Below, one piece after another: positions 41,586 to 52,253 of a DNA stretch of 64,000 bases. A program made the position numbers and the translations under genes. The notes under the pieces were generated by a model. It was not told the DNA's origin and searched no databases. It was given only the letters and a program-made list of their open reading frames with translations. Position 1 is the first letter of the stretch, and the number at the start of each line of letters is the position of its first letter. Source of the DNA: Parcubacteria group bacterium LiPW_30 (GTDB lineage Bacteria; Patescibacteriota; Minisyncoccia; Phycocordibacterales; VMEP01). Where the stretch lies: positions 89,274 to 153,273 of the forward strand of contig VMEP01000001.1 of the NCBI GenBank assembly GCA_007375595.1, given 5' to 3'.

Positions 41586-43511
41586 TTATTTGACGATTAT
41601 ATCATTTCCGCTCTTAAACGATTGGTCGTTGTTTAAGGTGGTGGTTAGTGGAGAAAATATACCTGAAATAACGCTCTCGGTAAACTCGTCACTACCTTCG
41701 TATGAGATATCGCCAGTCAATGACGCTGTTCTGCCAACCTGGCCGAGTGATGGCGTAAATCCTACTTTAAAAGAAACTTCTCTGATTGGCTTAGTAAAAC
41801 CAACTCCAGGCTCAACTGCTCCGATATTCCAAACAACTTCCCCTGTCTTATCATTAAAAGTTACTTGTTCATTCTCTGGAGAAATTGTTCCAGTAAAACG
41901 AACGTAGGAAGGCAGCGTTGTCTTAACTGTAGCTTTAGTAATTCTGTTAGTAGAGTTTACAGCCGTGAAAGTAATCGCGTATGTAGTTTCTTTCCCCACC
42001 TGTGGTGGCAATTTACCCTCATTACTAAACGGACCACCGTAATACAAAATTCTTGGAGTAATCTGGAAATCGGAATTTACCCTAATGGTAGTTTTTGATT
42101 GAGATGAAACCGATTGACTACCACTTGTCTCGACGTCTGAAAATTCTCCATAAACATTAACTGAAACAACCAACTCTTTGCTTGAAAAATTATTCGACGA
42201 CGTTTCTGGCCTAAACGAAAAACTCATTCTTCCACTACTCCCTGGCTGAATTTCTCTCAATTCATTAATACTGTTTTTATCCCAAATAATGGTGTTATTA
42301 CCTGAGTTATAAAAACCACGATCCGCAGTGACCGACGACTGGTCCAACGACCCGCCAGAAAACTGAACCTCAATTCGAGCATTTGTGATTTTTGTAGGAA
42401 GATTATTTTTCCAAATTATTTCACTCTGTATACCACTACGAGATGACACCGCAACGACATCGTCGCTTTTACCATTAATTAAAAGGTTGGCGCTCAAAAA
42501 TGGTCTCTTAATTGCAACCGAATGAAATGCCGAATTATAAGCGACCCCTATCGCTTGTTCGTCTTTAAAATCTTGTTCACCAGTATAAACACGGAAGGTT
42601 CTATCCTCACCGTCTTGGCCGTGAATAATTCCTGTTACCGAAATTTCTTTAAATCCACCTTTACTTAAGTCCCCAACCCTCCAAACATTATTACCAAAAG
42701 TTGGTTTCGGTTCAGAGCTTTTATAATCAAAGCCAGCCGGATATTCGATTCGCAACAAAAGATTATTTACACCCTCTGTGGAATTAGAAGAAGCCCTTAC
42801 TTTAAATTGGTAACTCTGGTTGTCACTACCTTCTTCGGGGGCATCAACGGAAAGACTAACTGGAGCAGTGTTTATGCGGACAATATAATTTGCCTCTTTC
42901 GTAAAAACGGCGTTAGACCCTGCTATTCGATATTCAAGGGTAAATTTTATTTCTTTGTCACTTCCTTCTGCTCCAAATAGTTTTAACTTTTCAATTTTCT
43001 CTACCGAGTTGCCTGATTTTATTTCTCCTAATGAATCTCTTTCTCTTTCAATATCCTGTGTATCTTGAGCGCCAGCCCCTTTGGGATATTCAATAATCAA
43101 ATCAGCAAGCTCAAGAGTTGCACTATTACCATTATGAACCACAACCTGAAGAGCTAGTTCTTCACCCCCCGCAACAAATGCTGGCCCTGCTATTTCTATT
43201 TTAATATTTTTTGAGGAAACAATATTCCCGCCAACAAAAAAAGTATACAAAGCGTACAAAACTGAAATTATAAAAAAGATTAACGCTCCGAGAAATATTT
43301 TTTTAAACATTGATGTTGGGGTTTTTGTTTCGCTTAAATTGTCGACTGCTTCTTCTTTAGGAACCTCGTCTTCCCATTCTTTTTTTATACCGTAATTTTT
43401 TGCTTCTAGTTTCCCTGGGTGCACAAAGCTTTTCCCGCGTGCGAATGAACTATAAAGCTTCTTGGAAACTCCATCAATTGGACTAAAGTCTTTATTTTCT
43501 GACATCGCCAT
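41586..43511 (-). CDS. large membrane-anchored extracytoplasmic protein, beta-rich, function unknown
   Basis: 641 aa; cytoplasmic N-terminus, one TM (LGALIFFIISVLYALYTFFVGG), long beta-sandwich-like exterior. Confidence 0.45.
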   Translation of the reverse strand: MAMSENKDFSPIDGVSKKLYSSFARGKSFVHPGKLEAKNYGIKKEWEDEVPKEEAVDNLSETKTPTSMFKKIFLGALIFFIISVLYALYTFFVGGNIVSSKNIKIEIAGPAFVAGGEELALQVVVHNGNSATLELADLIIEYPKGAGAQDTQDIERERDSLGEIKSGNSVEKIEKLKLFGAEGSDKEIKFTLEYRIAGSNAVFTKEANYIVRINTAPVSLSVDAPEEGSDNQSYQFKVRASSNSTEGVNNLLLRIEYPAGFDYKSSEPKPTFGNNVWRVGDLSKGGFKEISVTGIIHGQDGEDRTFRVYTGEQDFKDEQAIGVAYNSAFHSVAIKRPFLSANLLINGKSDDVVAVSSRSGIQSEIIWKNNLPTKITNARIEVQFSGGSLDQSSVTADRGFYNSGNNTIIWDKNSINELREIQPGSSGRMSFSFRPETSSNNFSSKELVVSVNVYGEFSDVETSGSQSVSSQSKTTIRVNSDFQITPRILYYGGPFSNEGKLPPQVGKETTYAITFTAVNSTNRITKATVKTTLPSYVRFTGTISPENEQVTFNDKTGEVVWNIGAVEPGVGFTKPIREVSFKVGFTPSLGQVGRTASLTGDISYEGSDEFTESVISGIFSPLTTTLNNDQSFKSGNDIIVK

Positions 43512-43524
43512 ATTATATCACGCG

Positions 43525-44115
43525 TTATAGATGAGTCTCTTTAAGAGCTTTGTTAATTTCCTTAAACAACTCACTTTTTACCGACAGAGTGTCTTTAATC
43601 TTTCCCTCATTAACCTCCCCCAAAAACACTTGAGCTAGCCTATCGTTTTCTCCCCAATAACCAAGGTGGTTTAAAATGCGAGCCGCCATTATCCCTTCAA
43701 CCAAAAGAAGATCTTCAAAGCTGATATCTTTTGTTTTTATGAATTCCATAAACTTATTAACCTCTTCAAACAAAGGAGCGTTGCGTTCCTCTCCGTGTAA
43801 AAGCCGACGCGCGAGCGAAAACACCCTCGCAAGAACTTTCATTTTTGTTGTTCCGTATTCATTCAGTAAAATTTGTTTATCGCCACCAAAAACATCCACC
43901 ACCCGCCACATATTTTTTCCAAAAACCAAATCTATTTTACAAACAGAAAAGTCTTGCAATAAATATCGCAATTTTGCCTTACTAAGCCTTACACCTTGAG
44001 CGGTAGCGAAAATCAAACCAAAATCTTTTGTTAGAAGATAAAACATACGGTTTGCTTCTCCTAAGTTCACACCACCCAAGACGATACTCTCTGTTGTGTA
44101 TCGATGGTACGACAT
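43525..44115 (-). CDS. recO: DNA repair protein RecO-like
   Basis: 196 aa; N-terminal OB-fold pattern (…ESIVLGGVNLGEANRMFYLLTKDFGLIFATAQG…) typical of short RecO. Confidence 0.55.
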   Translation of the reverse strand: MSYHRYTTESIVLGGVNLGEANRMFYLLTKDFGLIFATAQGVRLSKAKLRYLLQDFSVCKIDLVFGKNMWRVVDVFGGDKQILLNEYGTTKMKVLARVFSLARRLLHGEERNAPLFEEVNKFMEFIKTKDISFEDLLLVEGIMAARILNHLGYWGENDRLAQVFLGEVNEGKIKDTLSVKSELFKEINKALKETHL

Positions 44116-44116
44116 A

Positions 44117-47100
44117 CTAAATAATCAGTTTTAAAACAAAAGATATGTCATCAAAAGAAACTTCTTCTCCGATAACAACATCAGAAAAGTATATCCCTTT
44201 AATACTCACGGCTTGAGAAATTTCTGCCTGCCATTTTTCTACAAAACTTTTTCCGTTCTCGTTTGTTGAAATACTAAGTGAGACAATATCTTTAGGGTTT
44301 AATTTTTCTTTCTTTCTTAAGTCTTGGACTGCGCGAATGAATTCACGGACCTGTCCTTCTTCTTTTAACTCGGGGGTTATTGTGACATCAAACAACACAG
44401 ACCCTTTTTCAAGAGAAGCGTTGTGTGTAATTTTTTTCACGTTTACTTCCTCCTTCACCAGCTCTTCAAAAAATTCACCATCTTGCTCGGATACTTCTAA
44501 CAAAGAGAGTGGTTGGCGAACCTTAATCCCGTGAACAGCGCGCGCGGCAAGGGCTTGTTCAACTATTCTTCTAGTATTCAACATTTCCCCAATTAAATCT
44601 TTGTTTGACCTATTTATCTTCGGCCATTTCTCAAGATGAACACTTTCTTTATCTTTTTCAGTTTTAATTTTTTGATACAAATCTTCCGCAACAAAAGGCA
44701 TGAATGGCGCAAGAATCTTAGAGAGTTCTTTCAAAACAAATAATGTTGTTTCAAGTCCTGCTTTTTTATCTTCTACATTTTCGTCCCTAAACCATCCTTC
44801 GGATGGTCGGGCGTTCAAACCATTTGAGTTTGAATTAGCCTTAAAACGTTCTCGCGAACGGCGAATGTACCAAGTCGATAAATCTTCAATAAAATCCCCG
44901 ATTGGTCTTGTTGCCTTATCAATCTCATATTTATCCATACCATCCGACACTGCTTCCTTAAGTTCGTTTAATCTCGCGATAATCCACTTATCCAAAACAT
45001 TTTTACTTTCATCTTTAGCTTCTACTTTTTCAGCATACAGCGCGTAAAAAGAATAAACATTCTCGAGGCGCACAACAATTTTTCTGTATACATCAGAAAC
45101 CGAAGCTTCAGACAAACTCAAATCCTCGGCCCGCATAATTGGAGACGAGAGTAAATAATATCGAAGTGAATCTGCTCCGTATTTTTCAATAACCTTAATT
45201 GGATCAGGGTAATTCTTTAAGCGCTTTGATATTTTTTTGCCGTCTTCGGCCATCACCATCCCGTTAACAATAACGTTTTTATATGGAGCCTTCCCAAAAA
45301 GAGCCGTGCTCAAAATCAAAAGCGTATAAAACCAACCACGCGTTTGATCTAACCCTTCCGCGATAAAATCTGCAGGGAAATTATTTTTAAATTCTTTTTC
45401 GTTCTCAAAAGGATAGTGGAATTGCGCAAATGGCATTGACCCTGATTCAAACCAACAATCAAACACTTCCAAAACACGTGTCCTTTCTCCCCCGCATTCA
45501 CAATTTAGTTTTACATCATCAATATATGGACGATGAAAATCAAGGTTTCCGTCTTTATTGCGAGGGATTGATTCGAAAATCATTTTTTCAAACTCCGCAT
45601 TACTTAAGAAATCGTCCCCTCTCTCTTTTTTCATCTTTACTGCACTTTCCACTGAAAGCCCTAATGCCATAGTAAAAAGCAACCACGCCGTGTATTCATG
45701 TGTAACAATAAGAACATTTTTCCCTTTATGCTCTTTTTCAATATTTGAAACAGCTTCAAAAACCCTTTTCTTTAAGTCAGCTAAATTCTCCCCGTTTGGA
45801 GCCCTCTTTGTAAATTTTTCTTCTAAAGAAGAGAAGTAGCCGTGATATTCCTCGTTGGTCTTTCCATTAAAATCACCAACATTTATTTCAGCCAGTCGTG
45901 GATCAAAGATAACACCAGAATTTTGTAGACCAAGTTCTTCGGCAAGAATAGACGCTGTTTGTCTTGTGCGCATAAGTGGCGAGGAAACAATGAGGTCAAT
46001 TTTTTCTTTTTTTAATTTCTGCGCGCTTTCCTTAACTTGCTCTCTCCCTTTTTCAGTTAGGTTGTCTATGTCTGTCTCTTTTGTTTTTGGAGTTCTTGTT
46101 ACATTACTTTCTGCTTGCCCATGTCTTATTACAAAATAATTATTAGAAGACGCTTTTGCCAATTTTTTAATATCAGAAAGCGAACCAACAACAAACGGTT
46201 TTTCGCATTTATTACATTTCCAAACAGGAATCGGCGCTCCCCAAAAACGAGCTCGAGAAACTGCCCAGTCGCGAGCGCCTTCAAGCCACTTACCAAAACG
46301 GTTAGTACCGATTGATTCTGGAACCCAATGTATCTTTTTATTTTCTTCAACGAGTTTATCTCTAAATTTACTAACCTCAACAAACCAAGAACTTGAAGCA
46401 TAATTTAAAAGTGGCGTCTCACATCGCCAACAAAGCGGATATGAGTGAACTATCTTTTCTTTAGAGAAGAGTGTTCCTTTTTGCGCAAGATATTTAATTA
46501 TTTCTATATCCGCCGATTGAGTATCTCCTTTTTGTTTAACATATTTACCAGCGAAATCTCTTACCTCGGGTTTAAATTGTCCACTCATTGAAACGTGTTG
46601 AACAAAAGGGAGTTTTTCTTTGATTCCAAGTTCCATGTCTTCTGCACCAAAAGCCGGAGCTTCATGAGCAATACCAGTACCGCTTTCCGCCGTCACAAAA
46701 TCGGCATGATAAACCTTCCAGCCATTCTCGTGGTTCTTTATTGTTTTATCGTTTAGATAATAATCAAAAACCGGAATATAAGCTTTACCAACTAACTCAG
46801 AGCCTTTGAATTCTTTTTCTATTTTATATGGAGTATTAAAAACAAATTCTAATCTTTCTTTTGCAAGAACGTATTTTACTCCCTCCGTCTCAACCTTCAC
46901 ATAATCAATATCTTTATTCACCGCAATCGCGACGTTCCCTGGCAATGTCCAAGGAGTTGTTGTCCAAGCTAAAAGGTAAGTTCCTGGCTCATCGGCGAGT
47001 TCAAATTTTGCCGTCACCGAAATGTCAGTCAGATCGGTATAACCTTCCGCAACCTCTGATTGCGCAAGTGGTGTCTCGCAACGTGGACAAACATACATAA

Positions 47101-47623
47101 TTTTATGTCCTTCGTAGACAAGGCCTTTTTCATGAAGAGTTTTAAATGCCCACCAAATAGATTCTGTGTATGTCGCATCCATTGTTTTATAGGCATGCTC
47201 CATATCAACAAAACGTCCTAATCTTGGAACAACTTCTTTCCAATTTGAATCAAAACGAAGAACCGCTTTTTTTGCCGACTCGTTAAACTTATCAACTCCA
47301 TACTCTTCAATATCTTTTTTATGTCCAAGATTTAACTCTTGTTCAATTAAGTTTTCTATCGGAAGACCATGACAATCCCAACCCCACTGTCTGCGTACAA
47401 AATTACCACGCATCGTTTGGTAACGTGGAATAGCGTCTTTTATTGTCCCGGCTAAAATATGTCCGTAGTGTGGCTCCCCTGTTGCGAAGGGTGGTCCATC
47501 GTAAAATACGAATTTATCATCCGCTTTCTGTTCTAGCGTTTTCTCAAAAATTTTATTTTCTCTCCAGAATTTAAGTATCCTTTTTTCATTCAGAGAAACC
47601 TGTGTATCTTTTTGTTCTTCCAT
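44117..47623 (-). CDS. ileS: isoleucyl-tRNA synthetase carrying an inserted histidine-phosphatase (PGM/RHG-family) domain
   Basis: 1168 aa; HIGH (PHYGHILAG), KMSKS (KISKRLKN), CP1 editing region; ~195-aa insert (aa ~494-690) with RHG motif FVIRHGQAESN…SSPLMRTRQTA…IVTHEYT. Confidence 0.9.
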   Translation of the reverse strand: MEEQKDTQVSLNEKRILKFWRENKIFEKTLEQKADDKFVFYDGPPFATGEPHYGHILAGTIKDAIPRYQTMRGNFVRRQWGWDCHGLPIENLIEQELNLGHKKDIEEYGVDKFNESAKKAVLRFDSNWKEVVPRLGRFVDMEHAYKTMDATYTESIWWAFKTLHEKGLVYEGHKIMYVCPRCETPLAQSEVAEGYTDLTDISVTAKFELADEPGTYLLAWTTTPWTLPGNVAIAVNKDIDYVKVETEGVKYVLAKERLEFVFNTPYKIEKEFKGSELVGKAYIPVFDYYLNDKTIKNHENGWKVYHADFVTAESGTGIAHEAPAFGAEDMELGIKEKLPFVQHVSMSGQFKPEVRDFAGKYVKQKGDTQSADIEIIKYLAQKGTLFSKEKIVHSYPLCWRCETPLLNYASSSWFVEVSKFRDKLVEENKKIHWVPESIGTNRFGKWLEGARDWAVSRARFWGAPIPVWKCNKCEKPFVVGSLSDIKKLAKASSNNYFVIRHGQAESNVTRTPKTKETDIDNLTEKGREQVKESAQKLKKEKIDLIVSSPLMRTRQTASILAEELGLQNSGVIFDPRLAEINVGDFNGKTNEEYHGYFSSLEEKFTKRAPNGENLADLKKRVFEAVSNIEKEHKGKNVLIVTHEYTAWLLFTMALGLSVESAVKMKKERGDDFLSNAEFEKMIFESIPRNKDGNLDFHRPYIDDVKLNCECGGERTRVLEVFDCWFESGSMPFAQFHYPFENEKEFKNNFPADFIAEGLDQTRGWFYTLLILSTALFGKAPYKNVIVNGMVMAEDGKKISKRLKNYPDPIKVIEKYGADSLRYYLLSSPIMRAEDLSLSEASVSDVYRKIVVRLENVYSFYALYAEKVEAKDESKNVLDKWIIARLNELKEAVSDGMDKYEIDKATRPIGDFIEDLSTWYIRRSRERFKANSNSNGLNARPSEGWFRDENVEDKKAGLETTLFVLKELSKILAPFMPFVAEDLYQKIKTEKDKESVHLEKWPKINRSNKDLIGEMLNTRRIVEQALAARAVHGIKVRQPLSLLEVSEQDGEFFEELVKEEVNVKKITHNASLEKGSVLFDVTITPELKEEGQVREFIRAVQDLRKKEKLNPKDIVSLSISTNENGKSFVEKWQAEISQAVSIKGIYFSDVVIGEEVSFDDISFVLKLII

Positions 47624-47642
47624 ATTGTCTTATATTAGCAAA

Positions 47643-49217
47643 TTACATTTTCTCTGGCGCAGAGATACCTAAAAGCGACAGTGTTTTCGCTAAAATTATT
47701 CTGGTCGACAAAACAAGCTCTAGAGCCCCAACGTTGTAATTATCCTCCTCAATAACTCGCGTGTCGCGGTAAAACTGTGAAAATTGGGAGGCAAGCTCAT
47801 AAGCATAAGTGTTCAAACGGTTGACCTGACAATCCTCTGTTGATAATTCAACAATTTCTGGAAACTGTAGGAGCTTAACAGCAAGGTCTCTTCCAGATTT
47901 ATTTTTCAAAATTTCATCAAGTTTAATTCCGTTAGGAGAAAGTGCTTTAGTATTTGCGATTATCGATGACATGCGGGCATGAGCATACTGCACATAAAAA
48001 ACAGGATTCTTGTCTGAATGCTCTTTAGCTAAAGCAACATCAAACTCCATATGGGTATTAAGCGCGCGTTCATTATAAAACCAACGCACCACATCAAGAC
48101 CAATTTCTTCTACCAAATCTTCAAGTAATACAACATTACCTGCGCGCTTCGACATTTTTGAAACTTCACCGTTTTCTTTAAGCGAAACGAGTTGGGTTAT
48201 GAAAACCTTAAACTCTCCTTCCCAACCAAGCATTTTTTTAACAGCCGTCATTCGTTTAACATGTCCGTGATGATCTGCTCCCCAAACATTAATCACTTCC
48301 CCATAACCACGCGAGAATTTATCTGAGTGATACGTAATATCTGAAAGAAAATAAGAAAATGACCCGTCGCTTCTTAAAACAACTCTGTCTTCGTCGTCAC
48401 CATATTCTGTTGTCTTTGCCCACCACGCTCCCTCTTTTTCATAAACAAGATTTTTCTCCTTGAGCTCATCAAACATTTTTTGATTAGAACCACTCGCTCT
48501 TAACTTCCCGTCTTCTGAATACCATTCATCAAAACGAACTAAAAGTTTTTCTTCAATAAAATCTCGGTTATCTCTTTGTATTAAAGTCGCTAGTTTAAAT
48601 CCGGCATCGGCTTCGCTCATTTGCGAAAAATCGTTTTGCTCTATAAGAGCGGATGTCATCTCTCCTTTATATTGTTCCCCTGTCCCAAGCGCTAATTTAC
48701 CAAGCTCTTTAATTTGATTGCTCTCGCGGGAATCATTCACATAATATTCACGTGTCACATTTCCTCCTGCAAAAGAAAAAATGTTCGCTAAAATATCTCC
48801 GTAAAAAGCTCCACGACCATGACCTAAATGCAAAGCGCCAGTTGGGTTTGCTGAAATAAATTCAATATTTATTTTTTTACCTTTTATAAAATCAAAACCT
48901 TTTTCAGACTCTTTTACTGTTTTATTTAGTTCACTTAAAACAGCTTCGGAAGATAAAGTGAAATTTATAAACCCAGGTCCGGCAATATTCGTCTCTGAAA
49001 CTTCATCTATAAATTCTTTATCTTTTTTAAGCTCGTCTATAACCAACCCTGCAATATCTTTTGGGTTTTTATCCGAAATCTTAACGACCATCGCAACATT
49101 AGTAGTGTAATCACCAAAACGATTATCAGCAGAAATATTAAAAGAAACTTCCCTTAATTCCGGGAAAATATCCTTGAGAACTTTATCTAATTTTTCTCTC
49201 AAAAAGTGAACCACCAT
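47643..49217 (-). CDS. argS: arginyl-tRNA synthetase
   Basis: 524 aa; …FISANPTGALHLGHGRGAFYGD… HIGH region; MSKR motif. Confidence 0.9.
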   Translation of the reverse strand: MVVHFLREKLDKVLKDIFPELREVSFNISADNRFGDYTTNVAMVVKISDKNPKDIAGLVIDELKKDKEFIDEVSETNIAGPGFINFTLSSEAVLSELNKTVKESEKGFDFIKGKKINIEFISANPTGALHLGHGRGAFYGDILANIFSFAGGNVTREYYVNDSRESNQIKELGKLALGTGEQYKGEMTSALIEQNDFSQMSEADAGFKLATLIQRDNRDFIEEKLLVRFDEWYSEDGKLRASGSNQKMFDELKEKNLVYEKEGAWWAKTTEYGDDEDRVVLRSDGSFSYFLSDITYHSDKFSRGYGEVINVWGADHHGHVKRMTAVKKMLGWEGEFKVFITQLVSLKENGEVSKMSKRAGNVVLLEDLVEEIGLDVVRWFYNERALNTHMEFDVALAKEHSDKNPVFYVQYAHARMSSIIANTKALSPNGIKLDEILKNKSGRDLAVKLLQFPEIVELSTEDCQVNRLNTYAYELASQFSQFYRDTRVIEEDNYNVGALELVLSTRIILAKTLSLLGISAPEKM

Positions 49218-49275
49218 AAGGCGATTCTAGCACGATTGACCGTTTTTTAAAGCTAACCTCCCAAAAGCCCGCTGG

Positions 49276-49701
49276 TTACTTTCCAGAACTACCAAAACCC
49301 TTGCCGCCTCTGTCTGTTTCGCTCAATTCTGAGACTTCAACAAATTCTACTTGTTCAATTTTCTGAATTATCATCTGGGCGACCTTCTGCCCCTTTTCAA
49401 ACTTATATGCTCTGTTGCTTAAATTAACTATTCCAACTTTAACCTCTCCGCGATACCCAGCATCTATAACTCCGCCCAACGTTTTAATTCCATTTTTTAT
49501 AGCAATACCACTTTTATCCCAAATAAGTCCAGCGTATCCGTCTGGAATTTCAAGTGCAATTCCAGTTGGCACTTCTTTCCATTCACCCGAAGCAACCTCT
49601 ATTTCTTCTCGTGAAAGTAGATCAAAAGCCGCATCTCCTTTATATGCGTAAACTGGAACCGGTAAATTTTTATCTAATCTTTTTATTTTTATTTGCATCA
49701 A
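49276..49701 (-). CDS. dut: dUTP diphosphatase
   Basis: 141 aa; dUTPase motifs (…AAFDL…, …GLIWDKSGIAIKNGI…, …DRGGKGFGSSG). Confidence 0.85.
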   Translation of the reverse strand: MMQIKIKRLDKNLPVPVYAYKGDAAFDLLSREEIEVASGEWKEVPTGIALEIPDGYAGLIWDKSGIAIKNGIKTLGGVIDAGYRGEVKVGIVNLSNRAYKFEKGQKVAQMIIQKIEQVEFVEVSELSETDRGGKGFGSSGK

Positions 49702-49815
49702 GATATTCTATAACTAAGCACCTCGAACAAGAAATGCTAGATTGACAGCAACGTCCTAAAAAGATAGTTTTGTGGTAGTAAGCTCCTCGTTAAACAAACA
49801 ACCGAAAGGAACAAC

Positions 49816-50748
49816 GTGAAATATACCTCAGCTGAAAAACCGCCAGTTGTGGCCTACAAGCCATACCGAGACCGGAAGCCAGACTATCAATTCCGGGACC
49901 TTGCAACCAGCATCATGGAATACGGTGAAATTTCCCACCCACCACAAGGAGAAGAAGCAAAACGCTTGAGTGGAGTGCAGCTCCGCTATCAGATGGAAAA
50001 CGGATTTCCCCTCATGACTGAAAGAAATCTGACCCTTGCGCTTGGGGGGTCGAACGGTGAAATAATCGGAATGACCCACGGCGAACGCACCCTCAACGGC
50101 CTCATGAAATATGGGTGCCCGGAAGTATTCTGGAAAAATTGGGTTACCCCGGAAAAATGCGCCATTTTTGGACTCCCCCCAGGAGATCTTGGTGACGGTT
50201 CGTATGGCCCTCAGTTCGGGAAACCGAAATGCGAAGGTGGTGAATTCAGTCAAATCGAGGCAGCCCTTGCGCTTGCAAAGGCTTTCCCCGATACCAGAAC
50301 CATTCGGATAACAACCTGGCGCTTAGTGGAGCTGCTACTGAATGCCGATCCAAAAAAACGGCGGACGGTGGTTGCTCCGTGTCACGGTGATTTCACAGTC
50401 GTAATCAACCGGGAAAGAAAGACGCTTAAGATCATTCATCGACAGCGCTCTGCTGACCTTCTCGTCGGATGGACAGGCAACGTCACTCAATATGCCTGGA
50501 TGGGTATGGTGTTTGCACACCTCCTTGGTTACACAATGACCGAGCTTGTGCACTACATTGAAGACGCCCATATTTACAAGCGTCAATATGAATCTTTCCG
50601 CGAACTGTTCGCAAACCAAACCAAGCCGTTCCCGACGGTTACCATTGACGAAACTGTCACTGACTACTTCAGTTTTCGTCGCGAACATCTCTTCTTGGGC
50701 AATGACTACGATTGCGGGCCGAAAATGATCATTCCAACCCCCATCTAA
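49816..50748 (+). CDS. thyA: thymidylate synthase family enzyme (ThyA-like, divergent; dUMP-directed by active-site Asn)
   Basis: 310 aa; ThyA core: …ENGFPLMTER…, catalytic VAPCHGDF, …HRQRSADLLVGWTGNVTQYAWM…, …EDAHIYKRQ…; GC ~50%. Confidence 0.7.
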   Translation: MKYTSAEKPPVVAYKPYRDRKPDYQFRDLATSIMEYGEISHPPQGEEAKRLSGVQLRYQMENGFPLMTERNLTLALGGSNGEIIGMTHGERTLNGLMKYGCPEVFWKNWVTPEKCAIFGLPPGDLGDGSYGPQFGKPKCEGGEFSQIEAALALAKAFPDTRTIRITTWRLVELLLNADPKKRRTVVAPCHGDFTVVINRERKTLKIIHRQRSADLLVGWTGNVTQYAWMGMVFAHLLGYTMTELVHYIEDAHIYKRQYESFRELFANQTKPFPTVTIDETVTDYFSFRREHLFLGNDYDCGPKMIIPTPI

Positions 50749-50856
50749 ACGCTTTTCCCTTTCACAAAAATCGCCATTCGTGGCGATTTTATTTTTTGAC
50801 AAAAATTTTATCCCGACATATAAATAACACTAGTAAGAAACTAAGGAGACCTTTTT

Positions 50857-51327
50857 ATGAACAAACCACAAGTAAACATTGCACACGCCGTAACTGAAGA
50901 TTACCGCAAAACTCTAGAGCAAATTATCCGCGACGGAGTATGCCCTTTTTGCGTGGACTTCTGTCAGGGAAACAAGCCGAGGTATCACCCCAACCCAATC
51001 ATCATAGAAACAGATTGGTGGGCAGTAACTAAAAACATGCGACCATACCCTGGAAGCTCACTTCATTTACTTCTGGTGTACAAGAAGCATGTTCTCTATC
51101 CGTGGGAGATAGACCAGAAAGCTTGGGATGATTTGCGAAATGTTATGAAAAAACTCGCAACAGATTATTCCCTCACGCATGGGACTCTCTTCCAGCGCTT
51201 TGGCGATACCGAGTTCACGGGAGCAAGCGTGACCCACTTCCATGGTCAGCTCATCGTCGGTACATCAAGAAACGAAGGGACCGATCCATTGGTTGTCTAT
51301 TGTGGATACAAGGTTCCTGGAAAATGA
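50857..51327 (+). CDS. HIT-superfamily (GalT/Ap4A-phosphorylase branch-like) nucleotidyl transferase/hydrolase
   Basis: 156 aa; N-terminal Cys cluster CPFCVDFC and HxHGQ-type motif VTHFHGQLIV. Confidence 0.45.
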   Translation: MNKPQVNIAHAVTEDYRKTLEQIIRDGVCPFCVDFCQGNKPRYHPNPIIIETDWWAVTKNMRPYPGSSLHLLLVYKKHVLYPWEIDQKAWDDLRNVMKKLATDYSLTHGTLFQRFGDTEFTGASVTHFHGQLIVGTSRNEGTDPLVVYCGYKVPGK

Positions 51328-51338
51328 AAAGAAACCAA

Positions 51339-51370
51339 AAAGGCGATCTTTGCAGATCGCCTTTTTTTAT
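51339..51370 (+). terminator. rho-independent terminator for the thyA-HIT transcript
   Basis: AAAGGCGATCTTTGCAGATCGCCTTTTTTT. Confidence 0.65.
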
Positions 51371-51401
51371 TTTTATAAAAAACAAAGCCCCCGTAGGGGG
51401 C

Positions 51402-52253
51402 TTAAAATGAAACACGGACAACTTTCACTTCGCGGTTTCGAAGAGCCTCACGGCCATTCAAATTAGCGTAGCCGTCTTTAAAGTACACGCTCCGAACACG
51501 TGCCTCTGCAAGCATTTGCGCGCAAGAAACACACGGAAAGACTGTTTGGTAGATATCAGCCCCACGAAGCGAGATGTTTTTTCGCGACGCCGCTGCCGTG
51601 AGTAACGCTCTTTCCGCATGCATGAAAAGAGAACACTCAATCATCTCCCCTGCCTGAAAATTACTCCGGGGATCCCCATTCGCATACTGCTGTTGAGGCG
51701 GTACGCTTTCGTTGAATGCGGCCAAACGCTTCCCATCGCGAGTAACCGCAATGGCTCCAATCTGACGCCAAAAATCAGAACTCCTTTTACTGAGTTCGTC
51801 TGCTTGGCGCAAAAATTTCCGAGCAGCCTCTGACGATGTCACGATAATGTCTTCGTCTGGAGGAAGCTTGGAAAGCGCAGCCATTCCATCCCAACGGAGG
51901 AAGAACGGGATGAAAGTAATGCGTTTGCGGCCGAAAAATCTTTTAGCCACGTAACGCGAAACATCTTCGTCCGGAAGAATAAGTCGCACATCCTTCCGCA
52001 TCGCAAGAGACCTAAGACCGACCGTGTTTACAACTGAAACTAAGTCGAGTGCCGGCGATACCAATCCTTTGGTTTGATTCAACATCATCGCCAAAAGCTT
52101 GGGTTCAACAGCTCTCATGTCACGGGCTATCCCGACAATTGCGTGTGACACACTCGGGTGAAGTAAGTGAAGTTCTTGTGCCCCACTTTCTTCAATAAAA
52201 CGCCGATACCCTTCGTGAAAAACAGGGATGTATGCAACCGCAACGGTCCTCAT
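51402..52253 (-). CDS. fusion of an N-terminal domain of unknown function with a C-terminal cytidine/deoxycytidylate deaminase zinc-binding domain
   Basis: 283 aa; C-terminal CMP/dCMP deaminase motifs …CSLFMHAERALL… and …PCVSCAQML…; start overlaps upstream gene by ATGA. Confidence 0.6.
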   Translation of the reverse strand: MRTVAVAYIPVFHEGYRRFIEESGAQELHLLHPSVSHAIVGIARDMRAVEPKLLAMMLNQTKGLVSPALDLVSVVNTVGLRSLAMRKDVRLILPDEDVSRYVAKRFFGRKRITFIPFFLRWDGMAALSKLPPDEDIIVTSSEAARKFLRQADELSKRSSDFWRQIGAIAVTRDGKRLAAFNESVPPQQQYANGDPRSNFQAGEMIECSLFMHAERALLTAAASRKNISLRGADIYQTVFPCVSCAQMLAEARVRSVYFKDGYANLNGREALRNREVKVVRVSF

